Source: Parcubacteria group bacterium (lineage in GTDB: Bacteria > Patescibacteriota > Minisyncoccia > Moranbacterales > UBA11712). Taken from it: a stretch of DNA of 53,789 nucleotides. The position numbers and the translations under genes are program-made. The DNA is taken from NCBI GenBank assembly GCA_041659685.1, contig JBAZXV010000009.1, forward strand, positions 1-53,789, given 5' to 3'. Below the pieces are notes generated by a model. The model ran no database searches and was not told the DNA's origin. It was given only the letters and a program-made list of their open reading frames with translations. This document shows positions 1 through 8,507 of this stretch, in pieces (the first letter of the stretch is position 1; each line of letters begins with the position of its first letter).

Positions 1-1073
1 ACGGAGGAAATCTTTCCGGCGTTGGGACGATTGACAGCGGAGACATTGCCACCAGCGGCACAGTCACATCGAGCGGAACGGGGAGCAACTACTTTGCGGG
101 GAATGTGGGGATTGGGACGACGAGTCCATCCCAAGCATTAGATATTTTTGGTTCCATAAATCTTCCGAATACTACAAGTTCTACAACAGGGGTGATATAC
201 AAGAATGGCGCTCCTTTTATTCATAATTTTATTCATCCCACGGGAAATACGGCTATTCCAGAGGGTATGAACACATTTGTGGGATTAGATGCTGGAAACT
301 TTACGATGGGTAGCACGGCGACGTCGACTGCCCAAGGTTCATATAATACTGGAACTGGCTATGCGGTTCTTCAAGCCAACACTATAGGATATGGCAATAC
401 AGCAAACGGTATGACTTCTCTCCAATCCAACACCGAAGGAAATTATAACACAGCGAATGGAGTCTTCTCTCTCAAACACAACACGACTGGCAGTAGTAAT
501 ACTACAAATGGCGCGTGGTCTCTTATTGGCAACACCACAGGAAACAACAATACAGCGAATGGATCGAGTTCTCTCCAATCCAACACCACAGGATCATACA
601 ACACGGCGAATGGAGCCAGTTCTCTTCAACCCAACATAGATGGAACCTATAATACAGCATTGGGCGTTGGTTCTGGAGCAAAAATCGCCGACGGCGCAAC
701 GGGCAATAAGACTTCCGATTATTCCATATATCTTGGATCGAATACCAAAGCCCTCGCAGACGGCGGGCAGAATGAAATCGTCATTGGATACGACGCAACG
801 GGATTGGGAAGTAACAGTGTGGTTTTGGGCAATAATTCGATTGTCACTACTGCCTTAAAGGGCAACGTTGGCATTGGCACCACCGCGCCGGCCGTTAAGC
901 TGGATGTCAACGGCGAGATAAAATACAAGAAAAATTCCGCCGAGCCTTATGCTTGCGACGCCGCTCACGATTCTGCTGTTTCTCTCACCAACAAATACAC
1001 TACCTGTGTTTGCAAAAACGGCACCGGCTGGGTTTTGACTTCTGACGGCACGACCGCCTGCACTTGGAATTAG
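1..1073 (+). CDS. Fibre/adhesin-like repeat protein, 5' end outside the window. It has YadA-head/Hep_Hag-like NTAxG repeats, GNVGIGTT..KLxVxG motifs and a Cys-containing C-terminal domain.
   Basis: Frame 3 is open from base 3 to the TAG at 1071-1073, so the GTG at 105 in the ORF track is internal. Units of about 14 residues (NTANGxxSLxxNTxG) are visible. GNVGIGTTAPAVKLDVNG lies near the C-terminus, followed by a Cys-rich tail (CDAAHD..CVCKNGTGW..ACTWN). Confidence 0.7.
   Translation, partial: GGNLSGVGTIDSGDIATSGTVTSSGTGSNYFAGNVGIGTTSPSQALDIFGSINLPNTTSSTTGVIYKNGAPFIHNFIHPTGNTAIPEGMNTFVGLDAGNFTMGSTATSTAQGSYNTGTGYAVLQANTIGYGNTANGMTSLQSNTEGNYNTANGVFSLKHNTTGSSNTTNGAWSLIGNTTGNNNTANGSSSLQSNTTGSYNTANGASSLQPNIDGTYNTALGVGSGAKIADGATGNKTSDYSIYLGSNTKALADGGQNEIVIGYDATGLGSNSVVLGNNSIVTTALKGNVGIGTTAPAVKLDVNGEIKYKKNSAEPYACDAAHDSAVSLTNKYTTCVCKNGTGWVLTSDGTTACTWN
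336..668 (+). repeat. Imperfect tandem repeats of about 42 bp (14 codons) inside the fibre gene
   Basis: Recurring aacacagcgaatgga / aatacagcgaatgga blocks encode GxxNTANGxSSLQSNTTG units, about 8 copies. Confidence 0.65.
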
Positions 1074-1092
1074 ATTTTATCCGTAGACGATC

Positions 1093-1113
1093 TGTAGACG
1101 TCCGACGTCTACA
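1093..1113. repeat. 21-bp palindrome TGTAGACGTC-C-GACGTCTACA, copy 1 of 2. It is a tandem GACGTC core and a possible terminator hairpin or operator.
   Basis: 10-nt arms are exactly complementary. It lies 20 nt after the fibre gene stop. An identical 21-mer is at 52789-52809. Confidence 0.8.
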
Positions 1114-1133
1114 AGAATTTTGGCGAAAAATAA

Positions 1134-1161
1134 TTGACAGAGGTCAAGATAGTGATATAAT
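1134..1161 (+). promoter_or_regulatory. Sigma70-like promoter, TTGACA-16 nt-TATAAT
   Basis: ttgaca at 1134-1139 and tataat at 1156-1161. Confidence 0.5.
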
Positions 1162-1234
1162 GATAGTATGCCATCCGAGCATGCTATCAAACCTTTCCTA
1201 AGGTTCGACCTTAGCGAAAGGCAAATGTTTGCTA

Positions 1235-1262
1235 TTGACTCAAGTTTTTAATCAACTATAAT
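1235..1262 (+). promoter_or_regulatory. Sigma70-like promoter, TTGACT-16 nt-TATAAT, upstream of the SAM riboswitch and metK
   Basis: ttgact at 1235-1240 and tataat at 1257-1262. The riboswitch starts about 25 nt downstream. Confidence 0.55.
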
Positions 1263-1283
1263 AAAATTAATAAAACAATTGAA

Positions 1284-1436
1284 TATCGAAGTATCAAGAG
1301 CGCAGCGAGGGAACTAGCCCTGCGACCTGCCGGCAACCTTTCCTGATTCACGTCAGGAGGTGGGTGCCAATTCTAGCCCTTAAAGGGAAGATGCATTAAA
1401 TATTACTTCTCTTTAATGGGAAGTTTTTGTTTTTTC
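1284..1436 (+). promoter_or_regulatory. SAM-I (S-box) riboswitch with an intrinsic terminator expression platform
   Basis: Conserved S-box blocks are readable in order: UAUCAAGAG, GAGGGA, GCCC, CGGCAACC, GGUGCCAAUUC, GAAGAUG. They are followed by the hairpin acttctc/gggaagt (1404-1423) and ttttgtttttt. The element sits upstream of metK. Confidence 0.88.
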
Positions 1437-1456
1437 TGTATGAGTTAAGAATTTAT

Positions 1457-1519
1457 TATGAATATGCGAATGAATGCGATTGTGAAAATAATCGCGAAAA
1501 AATGATTCGTATATTCATA
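1457..1519. repeat. ACGAAT/ATTCGT-type intergenic hairpin element (family A)
   Basis: Arms tatgaatatgcgaat (1457-1471) and attcgtatattcata (1505-1519) pair with one G-U. There is an inner gcgatt/aatcgc pair. Confidence 0.7.
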
Positions 1520-1547
1520 TAAAATTAGTAATTCGTAAGAAATTATT

Positions 1548-2603
1548 ATGATCTATAAACCGAGAATATACACAGTGGAAAGCGTCACGGCCGGGCATCC
1601 GGACAAGATATGCGACCAAATTTCAGATGCGATTTTGGATGAATGTCTTCGGCAGGATCCAATGAGCCGAGTGGCCATGGAAGCCTTTGGAGGGCATGGT
1701 CTTCTTGTTGTCGGCGGAGAAGTAACGACTAAGGCTGAAGTTGATTTCGAAAAAGTGGCCCGCGATATTTACCACGAGATCGGGTATAAAAACGACCTTA
1801 AAATTATTACAAATGTCGTCAAGCAGTCACCGGATATCGCGCAGGGAGTGGACACTGGAGGAGCGGGAGATCAGGGAATAATGTATGGATTTGCAACAGA
1901 TGAAACACCGGAATTTTTGCCAAAAGGAATCGTTTTGGTGCATAAGCTCACCGAAGGCCTCGAAAATCTCAGAAAAAGCGGAGAAATTAAATGGCTCCGA
2001 CCAGACGGCAAAGCGCAGGTGACAATCGACGGTGAAACCGGACAAGAGATCAGCACGATTCTCATCAGTACCCAGCATGAAGAAAATATCAGCCAGAAAG
2101 AAATTCGCGAAACACTTATTGAAAAACTGATTAAGCCCATTGCCGGAGATACTTCAAAAATTGAAATTCTGGTGAATCCTACGGGTAAATTCGCGATTGG
2201 CGGATTTGAAGGAGACACAGGGCTTACGGGAAGAAAAATTATGGTTGATACTTACGGCGGCCTGATTCCTCACGGAGGAGGCTGTTTTTCCGGAAAAGAT
2301 CCGACAAAAGTCGATCGCAGTGCCGCTTATATGGCCCGCTATGTCGCCAAAACCCTGGTTTCCGAAGGCAGAGCCAAGGAATGCCTTGTTTCGGTCGCCT
2401 ACGCGATTGGAAGGGCCGAGCCGCTTATGGTGGAAGCTCTGAATGAAAAAGGCGAAAGCATCCGCGATTCGATCGAAAAGAGATTTGACTTCAAACCGAA
2501 AGCCATCATTGAAAAACTCAATCTTCGCCGCCCGATCTATAAAAAAACGGCCGCTTACGGTCATTTTGGGAAAAAAGGTCTGCCTTGGGAAGAAATCGGC
2601 TAA
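1548..2603 (+). CDS. metK: S-adenosylmethionine synthetase
   Basis: ESVTAGHPDKICDQISDAILD, GAGDQGIMYGFA and DTYGG motifs. It is preceded by a SAM-I riboswitch. Confidence 0.95.
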   Translation: MIYKPRIYTVESVTAGHPDKICDQISDAILDECLRQDPMSRVAMEAFGGHGLLVVGGEVTTKAEVDFEKVARDIYHEIGYKNDLKIITNVVKQSPDIAQGVDTGGAGDQGIMYGFATDETPEFLPKGIVLVHKLTEGLENLRKSGEIKWLRPDGKAQVTIDGETGQEISTILISTQHEENISQKEIRETLIEKLIKPIAGDTSKIEILVNPTGKFAIGGFEGDTGLTGRKIMVDTYGGLIPHGGGCFSGKDPTKVDRSAAYMARYVAKTLVSEGRAKECLVSVAYAIGRAEPLMVEALNEKGESIRDSIEKRFDFKPKAIIEKLNLRRPIYKKTAAYGHFGKKGLPWEEIG

Positions 2604-2691
2604 AATCTGTCGAAATAAAAAAAATTAAAATCCATATCTTGTTCAAAAAGTCGTTACTTTCTCCACGCGGCAGAGTTTGGCGGCTTTTTGT

Positions 2692-3354
2692 TTATGTTTT
2701 TACGCAAACATAAACAAAAGCAGGCGGAAAATTAAGGAAAACAAAGGAAATCGAGACGACGGAGAATATTTTTCGAAAACTTTTCAGGCTGACCAGGGAA
2801 TATTGAAACTGGACGTATTGGCCGTCGGAGCGAAGGTATTCATAGGCGCATTGGACTATACTTTGGGATGTTTTTTTCGGCAGGCTTGCCAGAGGCAAGC
2901 TGGAAATAATATGATCGACCTTCTGAAGCCCGTATTTTTGGAGATACCAGCCGATTTTTTCAGCGTTGTCGTTAATTACAATGAGCCGGGGATCCTTGAT
3001 TGTCTTTCTGATGTATTCCGCCAGGGACGGTTCTATCTCAAAACAAAAAAGAATGGCGTCTTTTTCCATCTTGCTCAATATTTTCCATGTAATGACTCCC
3101 TTCCCCGGTCCAAGCTCGACAATATGCTTTGCGCCTCTAAAATCAATCGATTCAACCATTTTGTTTGTAAGTTGAGGAGAGCTCTGAACAACTGATCCGG
3201 TGCGGAGCGGATTTTTGAGAAAGGCTTTCAGGAAGATATGGCTATTTTTCTTTTTTCGGTTATCCACAGCCTTGTGTATAAATCTTATTTTATTTGCTAT
3301 AATTATAATAACATAAAAAAATAAAAAAGAGAGGAGGTGAATTAATGGAATCAA
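2692..3354 (-). CDS. Class I SAM-dependent methyltransferase (phospholipid/rRNA-adenine methyltransferase-like). The true start may be the internal GTG near 3264.
   Basis: FLKNPLRTGSVVQSS, then the VELGPGKGVIT motif I. The N-terminal 30 residues of the ORF overlap the divergent gene start and look non-coding. Confidence 0.7.
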   Translation of the reverse strand: MIPLIHLLSFLFFYVIIIIANKIRFIHKAVDNRKKKNSHIFLKAFLKNPLRTGSVVQSSPQLTNKMVESIDFRGAKHIVELGPGKGVITWKILSKMEKDAILFCFEIEPSLAEYIRKTIKDPRLIVINDNAEKIGWYLQKYGLQKVDHIISSLPLASLPKKTSQSIVQCAYEYLRSDGQYVQFQYSLVSLKSFRKIFSVVSISFVFLNFPPAFVYVCVKT

Positions 3355-4037
3355 TTCAAACCTGGGGAGAAGCGATTACAACATCGCTCATTGGGCTTTG
3401 GGAGCGGTTTGTTAATTTTGTTCCCTCTCTTGTTGGCGCTTTATTGGTTTTTGTCGCCGGTTGGATAGTGGCTGTTGCTCTTGGAAAAGTCGTTGAACAC
3501 ATTGTCAAAATGGTAAAAGTCGACGATGTGATGGAAAAGGCCGGGACAAAATCAAGATTTGAAAAAGCGGGAGTGAAACTTAATGTCGCCAAATTTCTTG
3601 GAGGGCTCGTGAAGTGGTTTTTGATCCTCGTTTTCCTGATGGCGGCTACTGACATCTTAAAGCTTACGCAAGTAACATTCTTCCTGAACAGCATTGTGCT
3701 TTATTTGCCGAACGTGGTCGTGGCGGCTGTTATTTTAGCGGTGGCTTTCCTGGTTGCCAATTTTGTTTATGTGGTTGTGAAGGGAAGCTCAAGGGTCGCC
3801 GGCATCGTTTCCGCGACGCTTTTGGCCACTGTGGCTAAATGGGCGATTGTAATCTTCGGCTTTCTGGCGGCGCTAATCCAATTGGGAATTGCCTCTTCGC
3901 TTATTAATACGCTTTTTATCGGATTAGTTGCGATGCTGGCTCTTGCCGGAGGACTTGCATTTGGTTTGGGCGGAAAAGAAGAAGCTGCGGTTATTCTCAA
4001 AAAGATCAGGCAGGAAATTACCGAAAGGCATGACTAG
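3345..4037 (+). CDS. Conserved TM-helix-repeat membrane protein (mechanosensitive-channel-related)
   Basis: Four or five hydrophobic helices, and a strong SD (gagaggaggtg) 6 nt upstream. The assignment comes from resemblance of the repeated helix pattern to TM_helix family proteins, which is a weak basis. Confidence 0.5.
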   Translation: MESIQTWGEAITTSLIGLWERFVNFVPSLVGALLVFVAGWIVAVALGKVVEHIVKMVKVDDVMEKAGTKSRFEKAGVKLNVAKFLGGLVKWFLILVFLMAATDILKLTQVTFFLNSIVLYLPNVVVAAVILAVAFLVANFVYVVVKGSSRVAGIVSATLLATVAKWAIVIFGFLAALIQLGIASSLINTLFIGLVAMLALAGGLAFGLGGKEEAAVILKKIRQEITERHD

Positions 4038-4076
4038 GAATAGGCAGGGAATGACCATAATAATGGAATTTTTAAG

Positions 4077-4112
4077 ACAGTCCATCTGTTGCGGGTGGGC
4101 TGTTTTATTTTT
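4077..4112 (+). terminator. Intrinsic terminator
   Basis: acagtcca/tgggctgt stem (one G-U) followed by ttttattttt. Confidence 0.55.
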
Positions 4113-4221
4113 CTCGAAAATGCGGATTGTAATTTACGGTGTTTACTAAGCGTATTAAATCATATACTATGGAGGGGATGCGGAGGAGCGGTTATGCTTA
4201 TATAATCGTCTCCTGTTTATT

Positions 4222-6876
4222 ATGATATTATCCAAGTTATTTGGCTCAGCTGAAAAGCAGGCTGGAAAACTAAAGCCTTTAGTTGAAAAAATTAATAATC
4301 TTGAGCCGGAAATTGAAAAATTGTCGGATGAGGAACTTAAAGGAAAGACAACGGAATTTCGCGAAAGGCTCAAAAAAAATGAAACTCTGGACAGTCTTCT
4401 GCCGGAGGCCTTTGCCGTTGTCCGGGAAGCAATTAAAAGAGTCGACAAAAAGCGTCTTTTCGACGTTCAGCTTCTGGGAGGCATGACGCTTCACCAGGGA
4501 AAGATTGCCGAAATGAAAACGGGCGAGGGAAAAACGCACACGGCTACGACCGCCGTCTATCTCAATGCGCTTTCCGGAAAAGGAGTGCATGTGGTGACGG
4601 TTAACGATTATCTTGCAAAGCGCGATTCTAACTGGATGGGTCCGATTTATAGCTTTCTGGGTCTTTCCTGCGCGAGCATCCAGCATGACGCTTCCTTTGT
4701 CTATGAGCCGAAAATCATTGATAATAACGAGGTTAGCGTCGAAATGGAGAATTTGAAGCCCGTAAGCCGCAGAGAAGCCTATGCGGCTGATATTACATAC
4801 GGGACGAATAACGAATTCGGTTTTGATTACCTGCGGGACAATATGGTGCAAAGCCTTGGGCAAATGACCCAGCGAGAGCTCAATTTTGCCATTGTTGATG
4901 AGGTGGATTCGATATTGATTGACGAGGCCCGCACGCCGCTTATTATCAGCGCGCCCGACTCGGAATCGACGAAGCTTTACCGCCAGTTTTCTCAGGTTGT
5001 CCCGCGTCTTCATAAAGATGAAGATTATACGGTTGATGAAAAGATGCGGACTGTTTCGCTTACGGATAAGGGAATCACGGAAGTGGAAAAAATGCTCGGA
5101 ATCAAGAACATTTACGACGTTTCAAAAATATCTTACGTGCACCAGCTGGAACAAGCCCTCAAAGCCAATATTCTTTTCAAACGGGATCGGGACTATGTCG
5201 TCCGAGACGGAGAAGTGATAATCGTTGATGATTTCACGGGTCGGCTTATGCCTGGCAGACGCTATTCCGAAGGCCTTCATCAAGCCATTGAAGCCAAGGA
5301 AAATGTCGAGGTGCAAAAAGAATCGCGGACTTTGGCGACTATAACTTTCCAGAATTATTTCAGAATGTATAAGAAGCTGTCGGGAATGACGGGAACAGCC
5401 ATCACAAGCGCCGAAGAATTCAATAAAGTATACAAGCTGGATGTGGTGCCGATTCCGACAAATGTGAAAATGATCCGAAAAGATCTTCCGGATTTTATCT
5501 ACAAGGCAGAAGCGGGAAAATTCAAAGCGGTGGTCCAGGAAATAAAAAAGCGGCATGAAAGCGGACAGCCGGTTTTGGTCGGAACGATTGCTATTGAGAA
5601 GTCGGAAGTATAGCATGAGATGCTTGAGCGCGAGGGTGTTCCTCACGAGGTGCTTAATGCCAAAAATCATGAAAAAGAAGCGATGATTATTGCCAACGCC
5701 GGACAAAAAGGCGCGGTGACGATTGCCACTAACATGGCCGGACGGGGAACGGATATCAAGCTGGAAGACGGTGTGACAGAATTTGGCGGACTGCATATCA
5801 TAGGCACGGAACGCCATGAAGCGCGGCGAATTGACAATCAGCTTCGGGGGCGCGCCGGCCGGCAGGGAGATCCGGGATCGTCCCAATTTTTTGTTTCTCT
5901 GGAGGATGAGCTGATGAGGCGTTTCGGCGGGGACAAGGTGAGAGGCATCATGGACCGCCTTGGGCTTCCGGAAGACCAGCCGATCGAAAACAGAATGATT
6001 TCCCGTTCGATTGAAAGCGCCCAGGCTAAAATTGAAGGCTTTAATTTTGATATCCGTAAGCATGTTTTGGAATATGACGATGTGATGAATAAGCAAAGGG
6101 AAGTGATTTATAAGAAAAGAAAAGAAATACTTTCAAAAAAATCCCTCCGGGATGAGATAATGGGAATTGTCGAAGAGAGCATAGAGCAAATTGTCGGCAT
6201 TCATACAACGGGTCATCCTGAGGATTGGAAGATGGGAGAAATTGCCGATGATTTCAATTCCATCTGTCCCTCAGCCGCGGATATTAAAAAGCTTGATGAA
6301 ATCAGAAAATCGAAAAGCGAAATTAACGATTCCCAGAAAATCAGCCGGATTATCGAATATCTCAAAGGAATCGCCAAAGAATTTTACGGCGGGAAGGAAA
6401 AAGAGATTACTCCCGAAATTATGCGCCAAATAGAAAAAGCGGTCTATCTCCGTTCGATTGACACTTTTTGGATGAATCATCTTGATGATATGGACTATCT
6501 TCGCGAAGGGATCGGCCTCCGGGGATATGGCCAGCGGGATCCTCTGGTGGAATACAAGAAGGAAGGCTATTTGCTTTTCCAAAATTTGCTTGCAAGCGTC
6601 AGCGCGGCGGTCGTGAATACGATCTTTAAGGTCGGTATCGTCAAGCAGCAGCCGGCGCCTCAAAAAGATATTCTTGAGGAGGCGAAATACCAGGGAGCGG
6701 AGGAGCAGCCTTCTCAATTCGGAGCGGCGAAAGCCGTCCAGGGAGAAAAATCCGGACTGTCCGGCGGGCAGACCATCCGCAACAAGAATGAAGTGGGTCG
6801 CAACGATCCATGTCCATGCGGAGCGGCCAAGTCTGATGGAACGCCGATTAAGTATAAGCATTGTTGCGGCAAATAA
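4222..6876 (+). CDS. secA: Preprotein translocase ATPase SecA, one reading frame interrupted by a single in-frame TAG at 5611-5613
   Basis: Both track ORFs (4222-5613 and 5620-6876) are in frame 1. The N-terminal part has MKTGEGKT and [18 protein letters not shown]. The C-terminal part has [19 protein letters not shown] and the SEC-C zinc motif [12 protein letters not shown]. The TAG sits in [24 protein letters not shown], where homologues carry a hydrophobic residue. Confidence 0.9.
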
Positions 6877-7030
6877 TTTTTCTTAAGTGTCACGCAAGCG
6901 GAGTCCGCCAAAGCTTTAGCGTCGGCGGACGGGAGGAAAAAATATAAGCGCTGTTGCGGGGATTGAAATTGCGTCGCTTGCCCCAAATGAAAATAAATTT
7001 AAGATTTTATAGATAATATTTTGCAATAGC

Positions 7031-7465
7031 ATGGCTTCTCAGTCGAATAAAAATTCTCCAAAAATCGGCGCGGGAGCGGTTATAATAAAAAACGGCAAGG
7101 TTCTGCTTGCCAAGCGCAAAGGTTCTCACAGCGAGGGGATGTGGGGATCAATGGGCGGCCATTTGGAATTTGGCGAAAGTCCGATAGAAACCGCCAAAAG
7201 GGAAGCTTTGGAGGAATTAGGGATTGAAATTGGAAAAATTGAGTTTGCGACATGCATGAGCCTCAACATCAAAGACAAGCATTTCGTCGACATTTCATTC
7301 ACGGCCGAAATAATCTCAGGCGAGCCAACGATTCGAGAACCGGAAAAAATTGAAGAGATCGGCTGGTATCCTCTGGACAATCTGCCTTCCCCCTTGTTTG
7401 AACCGGTCAAAGTTGTTATTGAATCGATAAGGACGGGCAGAAAATACTTTGAAATAAAGCGCTGA
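7031..7465 (+). CDS. Nudix hydrolase
   Basis: Nudix box GGHLEFGESPIETAKREALEELGIE. Confidence 0.85.
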   Translation: MASQSNKNSPKIGAGAVIIKNGKVLLAKRKGSHSEGMWGSMGGHLEFGESPIETAKREALEELGIEIGKIEFATCMSLNIKDKHFVDISFTAEIISGEPTIREPEKIEEIGWYPLDNLPSPLFEPVKVVIESIRTGRKYFEIKR

Positions 7466-7527
7466 CACTCCAGTCTTCAGAATTTCAACACTGATCCCTT
7501 GAAAAAATAACGATTAGAAAACCGAGC

Positions 7528-8055
7528 ATGTCTTGGAAAAAAATTTCATCAAAAGAAATATATTGCAATCGTTTTATGCGGATAACCGAGGATGAGGTTG
7601 AAACCGGCAGCGGAAAGAAAATGACCTATGGCGTCGTGCACAAGAAGCCGTTTGCGCTGATTATTCCCTGGGATGGAGAAAGGTTTACGCTCATCGGCGA
7701 ATATAGATATTTTGTTGATTCTTTTTCATGGGGATTTCCGCAGGGGCATTACGAGCATGATTCGATCGAGCAGACAGCTATCCAGGAACTTCGCGAGGAA
7801 ACCGGCCAAACAGCCAGATCAATCAGAGGGATTGGTTCATTTTGGATTGGTCCGGGAGCGATTACGCAAGAATGTATCGTGTTTTTGGCGACTGATCTTT
7901 GTGACGGCGAAACGGACCGCGAAGAAACAGAAGAAGACATGGAGATCAAAAAAGTCTCTCTTCAGGAAATTAAAGAAATGATAAAATCCGGGGAAATCAA
8001 AGACGGCCCGACCATTACAGCCTTAAGCATATTGGAATTATCCAAATTAATTTGA
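7528..8055 (+). CDS. Nudix hydrolase (ADP-ribose pyrophosphatase-like)
   Basis: Nudix box PQGHYEHDSIEQTAIQELREETGQ. Confidence 0.8.
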   Translation: MSWKKISSKEIYCNRFMRITEDEVETGSGKKMTYGVVHKKPFALIIPWDGERFTLIGEYRYFVDSFSWGFPQGHYEHDSIEQTAIQELREETGQTARSIRGIGSFWIGPGAITQECIVFLATDLCDGETDREETEEDMEIKKVSLQEIKEMIKSGEIKDGPTITALSILELSKLI

Positions 8056-8083
8056 TCTTGTCCCAGGGGTTTAGATTATAGTT

Positions 8084-8494
8084 ATGGAACATGACATTCA
8101 CAAAATTGGCGGGATACTCATAAAAGACGGAAAATTATTAGTGTCGAGATCAAAAGGCAAAGATATTTTTGTCGCGCCGGGAGGAAAAGTTGAAAGAGGG
8201 GAAGACGAATTTTCCACGCTTAGAAGAGAACTCAGGGAAGAGCTTGGGATTGGAATTAAAAAAGAATATCTTCAGGAATTCGGGACTTTTTATGCTCAAG
8301 CCGCCGGCAATGAAGACAAAAGACTGAAAATGGACATATTTATCGTGAATTATTGGGATGGAGAAATTAAACCGGATGGCGAAATCGAAGAAATTCACTG
8401 GATAGATTCCGGAATGGCAAAAAATATGGAAATCGGTTCTATTTTTGCGGGCGACGTGATTCCGAGACTTAAAAAAGAAAAATTAATAAATTAA
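8084..8494 (+). CDS. Nudix hydrolase (MutT-like)
   Basis: Nudix box PGGKVERGEDEFSTLRRELREELGI. Confidence 0.85.
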   Translation: MEHDIHKIGGILIKDGKLLVSRSKGKDIFVAPGGKVERGEDEFSTLRRELREELGIGIKKEYLQEFGTFYAQAAGNEDKRLKMDIFIVNYWDGEIKPDGEIEEIHWIDSGMAKNMEIGSIFAGDVIPRLKKEKLIN

Positions 8495-8507
8495 ATTTTT
8501 CTTCCGC

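Noticed and set aside
1-1073. A diversity-generating retroelement (template/variable repeat pair) as the explanation for the two fibre paralogues
   Set aside because: There is no reverse transcriptase gene in the window. The shared block is 100% identical rather than differing at adenines, and beyond it the sequences are unalignable rather than showing A-specific mismatches.
1192-1221. A tRNA-like T-arm (aaggttcgacctt)
   Set aside because: The loop is 3-5 nt, not the 7-nt T-loop. There is no acceptor, D or anticodon arm around it. I found no tRNA, rRNA or tmRNA anywhere in the window.
5611-5613. Genome-wide reassignment of TAG to a sense codon as the explanation for the secA interruption
   Set aside because: TAG terminates many other genes exactly where homologues end, for example at 1071, 4035, 9627, 10630, 11961, 18358, 20282, 27842, 36271, 37173, 42960, 46839 and 47965. 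No other in-frame TAG was seen inside a conserved gene in this window.
5122-6096. Long antisense ORFs in the track, for example 5122-6096(-), 4279-5013(-), 43449-44525(-), 47506-48375(-), 15271-16092(-), 17339-17824(-) and 2677-3195(+)
   Set aside because: Each lies entirely opposite a gene with unmistakable conserved motifs (secA, GT2, dsbA-like, smc, rpsP, the methyltransferase). Their translations are low-complexity or Arg/Phe/Leu-rich, as expected for shadow frames.
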